Of a DNA stretch of 22,924 nucleotides, positions 9,679 through 18,293 are shown piece by piece. Below the pieces are notes generated by a model. That model ran no database searches and was not told the DNA's origin. It saw only the letters and a program-made list of their open reading frames with translations. A program made the position numbers and the translations under genes. This stretch comes from Deltaproteobacteria bacterium. Lineage in GTDB: Bacteria > SAR324 > NAC60-12. Position 1 is the first letter of the stretch, and the number at the start of each line of letters is the position of its first letter. The stretch covers positions 190,790-213,713 of the forward strand of contig JAYOTF010000001.1 in the NCBI GenBank assembly GCA_038150265.1, given 5' to 3'.

Positions 9679-9701
9679 CTGGGAAGGGTCCTCCTTCCCA
9701 G
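9679..9701 (+). terminator. Perfect 9-bp GC-rich hairpin right after the cfa stop (possible terminator or mRNA-stabilising stem)
   Basis: CTGGGAAGG-gtcct-CCTTCCCAG; no clear U-tract follows. Confidence 0.4.
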
Positions 9702-9912
9702 TCTCGCTCAATCTGTAAGGTGTGCCCCCGTGCAGATTGAGCTCCTCTCCCCTTCCCCCATGATGCGTTTCCTCGGAGGCGGCGTTTGGCACGGAAACCG
9801 ACGTTTTGTGCCTTACGTACTTTTGCTAATCAGCATTTAATTTATTAAAAATCCCTTTGGTGGTAGCCTAGTGAAAGGAAAAAAATAACCTTCAGCCAAA
9901 GGCAACCACGTC

Positions 9913-12588
9913 ATGTCCAACCATATTCTTGAGCCCCTATTCAACCCTCGTTCAATTGCCATCTTTGGAGCCAGCAACCGGGAAAACTCCGTGGGCGGCC
10001 AGGTTCTCCAGAATGTGCTGAAATCAGGGTACGAGGGCACCGTTCTCCCCATTAACCCCAAGCATGAGGAACTGCTGGGGCTGAAGGCCTTCCCTGACCT
10101 GAAAGCCACCGAGACCACTCCGGACCTGGCGGTGATCGCAACCCCGGCCCCGACGGTTCCGAACATCCTGCAGCAGTGCGGACAGAGTGGCGTCCGGTCA
10201 GCGGTGATCCTTACCGCAGGCTTCCGGGAGGTCGGCAACGCCGGAAAGCGCCTGGAGCAGCAGGTCCTGGACATCGCTCACACCTACGGCATTCGCTTCA
10301 TTGGTCCCAACTGCGTGGGCATCATGAGCCCACACATTGGCCTGAATGCGACCTTCAGCCGCAACCAGGGCATTCCCGGAAACATTGCGCTCGTCTCACA
10401 ATCCGGAGCCATCTGCACCGCCATTTTGGACTGGGCGGAGGCGAACTCGATCGGCTTCTCGCGGGTGATCTCCACCGGCATTGCAGCAGACACCGACTTC
10501 GGAGAGGTGCTGGACTACCTGGTGCAAGACACCAAGACCGACAGCATCCTCCTCTACATTGAAGGCCTCCATGAGTCCCGGAACTTCATGAGCGCGTTGC
10601 GGAAGGCCTCTCGTGTGAAGCCGGTGATCGCGATCAAGGCCGGTCGTCATGCGGCGGGCTCCAAGGCGGCCATGTCGCACACCGGCGCCCTGGTGGGAAT
10701 GGATGACGTCTTTGATGCGGCCCTGCGTCGCGCTGGTGTGGTGCGGGTGCTCACCACCACTCAGCTCTTTGATGCCGCCCGGATTCTGACCTCCAGGCGC
10801 CGGGCTCACGGAGGACGGTTGGCGATCATTACCAACGCCGGTGGTCCGGGAGTGCTGGCAACCGATCTGGCGGCTGACCGGCACATTGAAATGGCAGAGC
10901 TGAGCCAGCAAACCCTGGACCGGCTCAATGAGGTCCTTCCGGCGACCTGGCCCAAGGCCAACCCGATTGACATCATCGGAGACGCGGGTCCGGACCGCTA
11001 CAGGCAGGCCCTGGAAATCTGCCTGGAGGCACCGGAAATTGACGGGGTGCTCGTGGTCCTCACCCCGCAGGCGATGACCGATCCGCACACCGTTGCCGAG
11101 GCCATGGTGCAGCTGGATCCGAAGAAGCCCCTCATCACCTGCTGGATGGGCGAGTCCCTGGTCGAGAGCAGCCGGGACCTCTTCTCCAAGCACCACATCC
11201 CCACGTACACCTCTCCGGAAGCGGCCATTGAGGCCTTCAGCTACCTCGCAACGCACCACGCCAACCAGAAGCTGCTGCGTCAGACTGCCGAAGCGATGCC
11301 GCTGGAAGAGACGCCAGACGTCGAGCGGGCGCAGATGATCATTGAAGGAGCGCTGCAGGAGCGTCGCAAGGTCCTGACGGAGATGGAGTCGAAGGCACTG
11401 CTGAGCGCCTTCCGCATTCCCATCACTCCCACCATGACAGCGCACTCGGCGCAGGAGGCCCTTCTGCTGGCCTCGGAGCTGGGCTTCCCTGTGGTGCTCA
11501 AGGTGCACTCGCAGGAAATCTCTCACAAGTCCGATGTCGGAGGCGTCAAGCTCAACCTGAAGACGGCCCAGGAGGTGCGCTCGGCGTACAACGAGATCCT
11601 GGAGAACGTCAAACGCTTCCGGCCAGAAGCCAAAATCGACGGCGTTTCGGTGCAGCCCATGGCGATGCTGCCTCACACCCGGGAGCTGATGATCGGGGTC
11701 TTGCGAGACGATGTCTTTGGGCCCGTCATTTCCTTTGGGGGTGGTGGAACAGCAGTGGAGGTCTTCCGGGACCGAGCGGTGTCGCTTCCTCCTCTGAACC
11801 AGAAGCTGGCCGAAGACCTCATTGCGCAGACCAAGGTCGCCCGGATGCTGAAGCAGTTCCGGAACTTTCCGGAAGCCGATGTCGAGACCCTGAAGCAGGT
11901 CCTGTGTCGGGTGTCCGAGATGGTGTGTGAGCTTCCGTGGATTGAAGAGATGGACATCAACCCCCTCATGCTGGGGAGCGACGGGGTTCGGGCTGTGGAC
12001 GCACGTGTGGTGGTTCGCTCCTTTGTGGAGTCGCACCGCTACAGTCACATGGCGATTCACCCCTACCCGGCACACTATGCCAAGGACTGGCAGCTCACCG
12101 ATGGCACCCTCGTCCACATCCGCCCCATCCGTCCGGAAGATGCCGAGCTGGAGCGCGAGTTTGTCAACAGCCTCTCTGAACAGGCCAAGCTGTTCCGCTT
12201 TGGCCAGACCTTCAAGCAGATTTCGGCCTCCATGCTGGAACGCTTCACCCAGATTGACTATGACACCGAGATGGCCTTCATTGCCCTCATCCGCAACGGC
12301 AAGGAAGTGGAAATTGGTGTGGTCCGGTACATCATTCAGCCAGATGGCAGAAGCTGTGAGTTTGGGTTGGCGATTGCAGACGAGTGGCAGGGACGCGGTG
12401 TGGGCCACAAGCTCATGAGCGAGCTGATGGCCGCCGCCAAGGAGCGTGGGCTCCAGCACATGATTGGAGAAGTCCGGAGCGACAACTACCCCATGCTCAA
12501 GCTGATGGAGAGCCTGGAGTTCTCCATTCGGAACCACCCGGAAGATCCGGCCATCCGCCTAGTGGAACGTCAGGTCAGCCGCGGCTGA
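9913..12588 (+). CDS. pat: NDP-forming acyl-CoA synthetase-like domain fused to a C-terminal GNAT (protein lysine acetyltransferase Pat/PatZ type)
   Basis: PRSIAIFGAS, GPNCVG, SQSGA, SHTGAL, TNAGGPGV, NPIDIIGDA, HKSDVGGV, DINPL; GNAT domain HIRPIRPED...WQGRGVG...N.PML.L. Confidence 0.9.
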   Translation: MSNHILEPLFNPRSIAIFGASNRENSVGGQVLQNVLKSGYEGTVLPINPKHEELLGLKAFPDLKATETTPDLAVIATPAPTVPNILQQCGQSGVRSAVILTAGFREVGNAGKRLEQQVLDIAHTYGIRFIGPNCVGIMSPHIGLNATFSRNQGIPGNIALVSQSGAICTAILDWAEANSIGFSRVISTGIAADTDFGEVLDYLVQDTKTDSILLYIEGLHESRNFMSALRKASRVKPVIAIKAGRHAAGSKAAMSHTGALVGMDDVFDAALRRAGVVRVLTTTQLFDAARILTSRRRAHGGRLAIITNAGGPGVLATDLAADRHIEMAELSQQTLDRLNEVLPATWPKANPIDIIGDAGPDRYRQALEICLEAPEIDGVLVVLTPQAMTDPHTVAEAMVQLDPKKPLITCWMGESLVESSRDLFSKHHIPTYTSPEAAIEAFSYLATHHANQKLLRQTAEAMPLEETPDVERAQMIIEGALQERRKVLTEMESKALLSAFRIPITPTMTAHSAQEALLLASELGFPVVLKVHSQEISHKSDVGGVKLNLKTAQEVRSAYNEILENVKRFRPEAKIDGVSVQPMAMLPHTRELMIGVLRDDVFGPVISFGGGGTAVEVFRDRAVSLPPLNQKLAEDLIAQTKVARMLKQFRNFPEADVETLKQVLCRVSEMVCELPWIEEMDINPLMLGSDGVRAVDARVVVRSFVESHRYSHMAIHPYPAHYAKDWQLTDGTLVHIRPIRPEDAELEREFVNSLSEQAKLFRFGQTFKQISASMLERFTQIDYDTEMAFIALIRNGKEVEIGVVRYIIQPDGRSCEFGLAIADEWQGRGVGHKLMSELMAAAKERGLQHMIGEVRSDNYPMLKLMESLEFSIRNHPEDPAIRLVERQVSRG

Positions 12589-12609
12589 AGCCCACTTGGC
12601 GCGTTGCGG

Positions 12610-13845
12610 TCAGGTGACGGCAGCGCGCTGCTTGAACTCCGGACGGTCCCAGCGCCGTTCGGAGAGGATCTGCCGCAGGTGCTCCACCGCCTCGCCCACC
12701 TCCTGGAAGCTGAGGTACAGCGGCGCAAATCCGAACCGCATCAGGTTGGGGGCCCGGAAGTCCCCAATCACTCCCTCCGCAATCAAAGCCTGCATCACGG
12801 CATACGCCTCCTCATGAGCCAAGCTCACCTGCGAGCCTCGTTGCTCCGGAAGCCTGGGGGTGACCAGTTCCAGTCCAAAACCGCTGCAGCGCTCCTCCAC
12901 CAACTCAATGAAGAGCTGGGTCAGCTGCAGAGACTTCTTCCGGACCTCTTCCAGGTCCACGTCGGCAAACACCTCCAGCGCTGCTTCCAGTGCGCTCATG
13001 CCCAAGACCGTGGGGGTGCCGCAGAGGAGCCGGTCGATCCCGGGCGCAGGGGTATAGTGTGTTTCAAACGCGAAGGGCTGGGCGTGTCCCAGCCACCCGG
13101 ACAGGGGCTGCTGCAGCGAGTCGTGGTGCCGCTGAGCAACATAGACAAAAGCCGGCGCGCCCGGGCCCCCATTGAGGTACTTGTAGCCGCAGCCTACGGC
13201 AAAGTCGACTCCACCGCCATTCAGGTCAATCGGTAAAGCACCCGCGCTGTGGGCCAGGTCCCAGATGACCAGCGCGCCGACTTCATGGGCGCGCTGCGTC
13301 ACCGCCTTGAGGTCGTGAAGCCGCCCGGTCCGGTAGTCCACCTGTGTGAGCAAGGCCACCGCGGTCTGCTCGTCCAGCGCTTCCAGCACTGCCTCCGGTT
13401 CCACCAGCCGCAGCGTTCGCCCCCGTCCTTCCTGCTGCAGAGCGCCTTCGGCAATGTAGAGGTCGGAAGGAAAGTTTCCGGTGTCGCTGAGCACAACTGG
13501 ACGCTCGTTCTGGAGGGAAAGCGCGGCAGCGAGCACCTTGAAGAGGTTGACGGAAGTGGAGTCAGCCGCCCGGACTTCTTCCGGTGTGGCCCCAATCAGC
13601 GGGGCGAGGCGGGCGCCCACCCGTTGCGGCAGGTGCAGCCAGTCGGCCGTGTTCCAGCTTTGGATCAGTCCGGTGCCCCATTCCTGCTGCAGCACCTGCT
13701 GCAGGCGGGCCGGAACGGCTTTCGGGAGCGGGCCCAGGGAGTTCCCGTCCAGGTAGAGGGTGCCCTCCGGGATGGAAAACAGGTGTCGGCATCCGGCGAG
13801 CGGGTCCTGCTGGTCGAGGGCGTTGAGGTCGAAAGGTGAGGTCAT
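12610..13845 (-). CDS. kynU: Kynureninase (PLP-dependent)
   Basis: YLDGNSLG, NFPSDLY, WDLAHSAGA, GCGYKYLNGGPG (PLP lysine), RGSQVS, GDFRAP..RFGFAPLY. Confidence 0.95.
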   Translation of the reverse strand: MTSPFDLNALDQQDPLAGCRHLFSIPEGTLYLDGNSLGPLPKAVPARLQQVLQQEWGTGLIQSWNTADWLHLPQRVGARLAPLIGATPEEVRAADSTSVNLFKVLAAALSLQNERPVVLSDTGNFPSDLYIAEGALQQEGRGRTLRLVEPEAVLEALDEQTAVALLTQVDYRTGRLHDLKAVTQRAHEVGALVIWDLAHSAGALPIDLNGGGVDFAVGCGYKYLNGGPGAPAFVYVAQRHHDSLQQPLSGWLGHAQPFAFETHYTPAPGIDRLLCGTPTVLGMSALEAALEVFADVDLEEVRKKSLQLTQLFIELVEERCSGFGLELVTPRLPEQRGSQVSLAHEEAYAVMQALIAEGVIGDFRAPNLMRFGFAPLYLSFQEVGEAVEHLRQILSERRWDRPEFKQRAAVT

Positions 13846-13915
13846 GGTCGGTTGAGCCGCATAAGAAAAAGAAAAGGAAGAAGGGGCTTCCGGGTGGCGT
13901 CTACGTGTTGTCAGC

Positions 13916-13945
13916 TTGCGCCTCTTCAGGAATTGGTGCTAGGTT
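13916..13945 (+). promoter_or_regulatory. Possible sigma70-type promoter for the flavoprotein-dgoK operon
   Basis: TTGCGC (13916-13921), 18-nt spacer ending in TGn, TAGGTT (13940-13945) in the divergent kynU/flavoprotein intergenic region. Confidence 0.3.
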
Positions 13946-14027
13946 GGCAGCACTTTTTTCACCTGCATGCGTGCTTTCTTTGGAGGCAAGGCAGCCGATA
14001 GCTTACAAACAGGTCAGACAAAAGAAA

Positions 14028-15500
14028 ATGGAACATTACGATTTGTGTGTGATTGGAGGAGGACCCTCCGGATATGCGGCTGCGATGCGTGCCGTGGATT
14101 ATGGGAAGAAGGTGCTGCTGCTGGAGCGCAACCGTGTGGGGGGAGCCGGCATCTACAACGGAGCCCTTTCGTCCAAAACCTTCTGGGAGCTTTCGCAGAG
14201 TGTGGCCACCATGCACCGCCAGCTCAGCAGCTTTGGGGTGGAGGTTCCGAAGATCCACTTCGGCAGCATCCTCAAGGAAGTCGACGATGCCGTCTTTGAG
14301 CGCTCCTCGCAGCTGGAAGACCACTTGCGTCGGGTGGAAAAGGAAAGCAACGGGCAGTTTCGCTTTGTGCGTGGCTCCGGACGCCTGCTGAATCCAAACG
14401 AGGTGGAGGTCCGGGGGGACTTCGATCCGTTTGTCATTCAGGCCGACCACACCATTGTGGCCACCGGAAGCCGCCCCCGTCCGCTTCCGCATGTGCCGAT
14501 TGACGAGCGCACCATCATGACGAGCGACGGCATTGGCTCGCTCCGGGAGGTCCCGGAGAGCATCGTCATTGTGGGAGCGGGGGTCATTGGCTGTGAATTT
14601 GCCACCATCTTCTCGGCATTCGGACGCACCGAGGTGCGCCTGATTGCCCGCGATGACCACATCCTTCCCTTTGAAGACCGCGATCTGTCGCGCGTCATTG
14701 AAGAGAACATGGAGGCCAACGGCGTGCTCATCCACCGCAACGCGAGCCTGGTGTCCATGGACATCATCCACGGACGCGCTCACTACGTCATCTCGTATCC
14801 GGACGGCAGCGAAGAGGCCTTTGAGGCAGAGAAGGCCCTCATCTCGATTGGCCGGATCCCGAACATCGAGAACACCGGCCTGAAGGAGCTTCAGGTGAAC
14901 CTCGACCGAGGCGGCTGCGTCGATGACGAAGACACCCAGACCAACATCTCCAACATCTACGCCGTTGGCGACATGACGGCCGACATCGCCCTCGTCAACG
15001 TCGGAGAGCTGGAAGGGCGCCATGCGGTGGAGCGCATCTTCGGAAATGCTCAGAACAAGCTGATCTACGAAAACATCTCCACCATCATGTTCCTGAGTCC
15101 GGAAGTCGCCGGGGTGGGCATGAACGAGCAGCAGGCTCAGAAGGCAGGCATTCCCTACCGTGTGGCCAGCTTCGACTTCCGCTGCATTCCGCGGGCGGTC
15201 GCCATGCGTCGCACCCAGGGCTTCTTCAAGATTCTGGTGACCGATGATGACGAGATGCGCATCCTCGGCATGCGGGCGCTGGGGGAGCACGCGTCCTCGG
15301 CGATCCAGGCGGTGGCGCTGCTCATCTCCATGAACAAGGGCATTGACGAGCTGGCGGAGCTGATTCACCCCCACCCGTCCATCATTGAAGGCATTCAGGA
15401 GTGCGTCCGGATGCTCCTTGGAAAGTCCATCTACAAGCCGGCCATCTTCAGCGAGATGCTGCGGCTGCAAAGCTGGAAAGACGGCCACTACGCCTCTTGA
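14028..15500 (+). CDS. Class I pyridine nucleotide-disulfide oxidoreductase homolog (Lpd/SthA-like) lacking the redox-active cysteines
   Basis: YDLCVIGGGPSG, ATGSRP, GAGVIGCE, IGRIPN, IYAVGD and C-terminal HPHPSIIEG motifs; GGAGIYNGALSSK replaces GGxCxxxGCIPSK. ATG 14028 chosen because the ORF-track start at 13836 overlaps kynU and adds a non-homologous leader. Confidence 0.85.
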   Translation: MEHYDLCVIGGGPSGYAAAMRAVDYGKKVLLLERNRVGGAGIYNGALSSKTFWELSQSVATMHRQLSSFGVEVPKIHFGSILKEVDDAVFERSSQLEDHLRRVEKESNGQFRFVRGSGRLLNPNEVEVRGDFDPFVIQADHTIVATGSRPRPLPHVPIDERTIMTSDGIGSLREVPESIVIVGAGVIGCEFATIFSAFGRTEVRLIARDDHILPFEDRDLSRVIEENMEANGVLIHRNASLVSMDIIHGRAHYVISYPDGSEEAFEAEKALISIGRIPNIENTGLKELQVNLDRGGCVDDEDTQTNISNIYAVGDMTADIALVNVGELEGRHAVERIFGNAQNKLIYENISTIMFLSPEVAGVGMNEQQAQKAGIPYRVASFDFRCIPRAVAMRRTQGFFKILVTDDDEMRILGMRALGEHASSAIQAVALLISMNKGIDELAELIHPHPSIIEGIQECVRMLLGKSIYKPAIFSEMLRLQSWKDGHYAS

Positions 15501-16393
15501 CCCCGGTGATTGGTCTCGACTGGGGGACCACGTCGCTCCGGGCGTACCGCCTCCTGCCTTCAGGGGAGGTGGCAGAGGCTCGCTCTGCGCCTCAGGGCAT
15601 TCTGCAGGTTCCGGCCGGCGGCTTTGAAGCCGTCCTGCTGAACCTGGTGGGCGACTGGATCACCCCCAACGTGCCGGTGCTGGCCTCCGGAATGGTGGGG
15701 AGCCGTCAGGGCTGGGTGGAGACGCCCTACCTCCCGCTGCCCTGCAGTCCGGAAGCGCTGGCTGATCACCTGGTTCCCGTTCCGCTGCAGCAGGGCGGCA
15801 CCGTGCATGTGGTCCCGGGGGTGCAGTACGCAAACCCGCAGGGGCGCATGGACGTGATGCGGGGCGAAGAGACCCAGGCCCTGGGCACAACGCTGAACAC
15901 GGGGCTCCTGATCCTTCCGGGCTCGCACAGCAAGTGGGTGCAGGTGCAGGACGGCCTCTTGAAAAAGCATATCACCTTTCTAACAGGGGAGCTGTTTGCG
16001 GCACTGCACCAGCACACCCTGTTGGGGCGTCTGATGACAGCGACCGATCCGCATGAAGCCGCCTTTGCCCAGGGCGTCCGGGACGGGCTGGCGCCGGCAG
16101 CCGGCTCAGGAGGGCTGCTGCACCAGCTGTTTGAGGTCCGGACTTTGGGGCTGTTTGAGCAGCTTCCGGGTGAGGGCCTGTATGACTACCTCTCCGGGTT
16201 GCTCATGGGGACCGAAATTCGAGAAGCCTGCGCCGCATTTCCAGAGGCAACCGAGCGGCGGGTGGTGGGGGCCAGCGCCTTGAGCAAACGGTACCTGCAG
16301 GCGCTTGCGCTAGCGGGCCTCTCGGCGGTTGCGGAGCCTCCTGATGCGGCTGCGCGCGGACTGTTCCGCCTGGCTCAGCTCCGGAAGCCCTGA
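15497..16393 (+). CDS. dgoK: 2-dehydro-3-deoxygalactonokinase
   Basis: DWGTTSLRA, SGMVGSRQGW.E.PY, DVMRGEETQ, PGSHSKW, TGELF and LSGLL.G.E motifs. TTG 15497 overlaps the upstream TGA; GTG 15506 is an alternative start. Confidence 0.9.
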   Translation: MTPVIGLDWGTTSLRAYRLLPSGEVAEARSAPQGILQVPAGGFEAVLLNLVGDWITPNVPVLASGMVGSRQGWVETPYLPLPCSPEALADHLVPVPLQQGGTVHVVPGVQYANPQGRMDVMRGEETQALGTTLNTGLLILPGSHSKWVQVQDGLLKKHITFLTGELFAALHQHTLLGRLMTATDPHEAAFAQGVRDGLAPAAGSGGLLHQLFEVRTLGLFEQLPGEGLYDYLSGLLMGTEIREACAAFPEATERRVVGASALSKRYLQALALAGLSAVAEPPDAAARGLFRLAQLRKP

Positions 16394-16423
16394 TTTTCTC
16401 CTTTCCATATGACGAGGCCGATC

Positions 16424-17194
16424 ATGACACAAGCTGTGTATCCGGACCTGAAGGACCGTGTGGTGTTGGTGAGCGGAGGTGCCACCGGCATTGGAGCGGC
16501 CATTGTGGAGGCGTTTGTGGAGCAGGGCAGCCACGTGGCCTTCCTGGACCTTCAGGAGCAGGCGGGCAAGGAGTGGGCGTCTCAGCTCTCGGTCCGGGAG
16601 GTCGGTCCCTCGCCCCTGTTCGTGCACGTTGACCTGACGGATCCGGAAGCCATTCGGCACGCGGTGAAGCAGGTGGAAGACTGGTTTGGGCCCATCCGGG
16701 TGCTGGTGAACAATGCGGCCAACGACGAACGGCATGAGCCGAACGCGGTGACGCCGGAGTACTGGGAGGAGTGCCTGCGCCGGAACCTGAACCACTACTT
16801 TTACCTGGCCCAGGCGGTTTATGATAAGATGGCGGCTTCCGGAGGAGGCTCCATCATGAACATGGGCTCCGTGAGCTGGCGGATGGCCCAGGGCAACATG
16901 CCCGGCTACACCACCGCAAAGGCCGCGGTGGAGGGCCTGACCGTCAGCCTGGCACGAGCCTATGGCCCCCAGCAGATCCGGGTGAATTGCATTGTGCCGG
17001 GGTCGGTTCCCACCGAGCGGCAGATCCGGGAAGTCCTCACGCCGGAGGAGCGGCAGTTTTTAGTGGAGCACCAGTGCCTGCCTGGGGTGATCACGCCCCA
17101 GGACCTGGCGCAGATGGCGCTCTTTTTGGGCTCGGATGTGAGCCGTTTTTGTACGCGGGGCATCTATACCGTCGATGCTGGGCTGGGTGCCTAG
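16424..17194 (+). CDS. Short-chain dehydrogenase of the XylB/GalD aldose 1-dehydrogenase type (probable D-galactose or pentose dehydrogenase)
   Basis: YPDLKDRVVLVSGGATGIG, NNAANDERH, S..YTTAK catalytic residues, IRVN...PG...TERQ. GAGG RBS favours ATG 16424; ATG 16409 is the alternative. Confidence 0.8.
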   Translation: MTQAVYPDLKDRVVLVSGGATGIGAAIVEAFVEQGSHVAFLDLQEQAGKEWASQLSVREVGPSPLFVHVDLTDPEAIRHAVKQVEDWFGPIRVLVNNAANDERHEPNAVTPEYWEECLRRNLNHYFYLAQAVYDKMAASGGGSIMNMGSVSWRMAQGNMPGYTTAKAAVEGLTVSLARAYGPQQIRVNCIVPGSVPTERQIREVLTPEERQFLVEHQCLPGVITPQDLAQMALFLGSDVSRFCTRGIYTVDAGLGA

Positions 17195-17197
17195 CCA

Positions 17198-17219
17198 GCG
17201 GAGGCGACCCCCGTTTTTT
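17198..17219 (+). terminator. Weak hairpin plus U-tract between the SDR and galT
   Basis: GCGGAGG-cga-CCCCCGT (one mismatch, one G-U) running into a T6 tract. Confidence 0.25.
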
Positions 17220-17234
17220 GAAAAGCAGTGAACC

Positions 17235-18293
17235 GTGTCAGTGATTCAATTTGACCCCAAGGACCACCCGCATCGCCGTTACAACCCGCTGACCGGCCAG
17301 TGGATTCTGGTCTCCCCGCACCGGGCCAAGCGCCCCTGGAGCGGCAAGAATGAAGCCCCTTCCGGGGGCGAGCTCCCCAGTTACGATCCTCAGTGTTTCC
17401 TGTGTCCCGGCAATGCGCGCATCTCCGGAGAACACAACCCTGCCTACACGGAGACCTTCGTCTTCACCAACGACTTTGGGGCGCTTCTGCCCACAACGCC
17501 TCCTGCTCCCGATTCCGGCCACTCGCTGTTTCAGCTCGAGAGCGTCCGGGGGGTGAGCCGCGTCATCTGCTTCTCTCCCGACCACAGCAAAACGCTTCCG
17601 GAGCTGCCCCTGTCAGCGATCCGCAACGTGATTGCCACCTGGGAGCAGGAGATCCAGACCCTGTCGCAGGATTACCCGTGGGTGATGGTCTTTGAGAACA
17701 AGGGCGAGGTCATGGGGTGCTCCCAGCCGCATCCGCACGGACAGGTGTGGGCCAACAGCTTTCTGCCCAACGAGATTGAGCGCAAGGACCAGCTGCTCCG
17801 GAGCTACTTTGACGCGCAGGGCACCAACCTGCTCGTGGACTATGCGCAGGCCGAGTTGGCCGATGGGGCCCGGACGGTGCTGGAAACCGAGCACTGGCTG
17901 GCCGTGGTGCCGTGGTGGGCCGCGTGGCCCTTTGAGACGATGCTCCTGCCCAAGGCTCCGGCTCAGCGCTTCAGTGACCTGACGGACCCGCAGCGGGACG
18001 ACCTGGCCGACGCCCTCAAGCGCCTGACCACGCGGTACGACAACCTCTTCGAGTGCTCCTTCCCCTACTCCATGGGCTGGCACTTTGCGCCGTTCCTTCC
18101 GGAAGGAACCGACTTGCGCCACTGGCAGCTGCACGCCCTGTTCTACCCTCCCCTGCTGCGGTCGGCCACCGTCCGGAAGTTCATGGTGGGCTACGAAATG
18201 CTGGCCGAGCCACAACGCGACCTTACTCCGGAACAGGCGGCTGACCGCCTCCGGGTCCTCAGCGAGCAACACTACAAACAGGCTGGATCATGA
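17235..18293 (+). CDS. galT: UDP-glucose--hexose-1-phosphate uridylyltransferase
   Basis: [45 protein letters not shown] (catalytic HPH), [20 protein letters not shown] start. Confidence 0.97.
   Translation: MSVIQFDPKDHPHRRYNPLTGQWILVSPHRAKRPWSGKNEAPSGGELPSYDPQCFLCPGNARISGEHNPAYTETFVFTNDFGALLPTTPPAPDSGHSLFQLESVRGVSRVICFSPDHSKTLPELPLSAIRNVIATWEQEIQTLSQDYPWVMVFENKGEVMGCSQPHPHGQVWANSFLPNEIERKDQLLRSYFDAQGTNLLVDYAQAELADGARTVLETEHWLAVVPWWAAWPFETMLLPKAPAQRFSDLTDPQRDDLADALKRLTTRYDNLFECSFPYSMGWHFAPFLPEGTDLRHWQLHALFYPPLLRSATVRKFMVGYEMLAEPQRDLTPEQAADRLRVLSEQHYKQAGS

Noticed and set aside
9786..9801. TGGCACG sigma54 -24-like element upstream of pat (also TGGCAC at 22705)
   Set aside because: No TTGC -12 element at the required spacing in either case.
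10396..12537. Long antisense ORFs (713 aa here; also 3040-4710, 13959-15488, 1542-2978, 8367-9620, 6270-7487, 19749-21179)
   Set aside because: They lie opposite well-supported genes, show no recognisable motifs, and are the expected shadow of GC-rich codon bias.
13836..14027. N-terminal 64-aa extension of the flavoprotein in the ORF track
   Set aside because: It overlaps the kynU start and translates a purine-rich intergenic tract; family homology begins at MEHYDLCVIG (14028).
15401..15496. Upstream extension of dgoK in the ORF track
   Set aside because: It overlaps the flavoprotein by about 100 nt; DgoK homology starts at the DWGTT motif a few codons after 15497.
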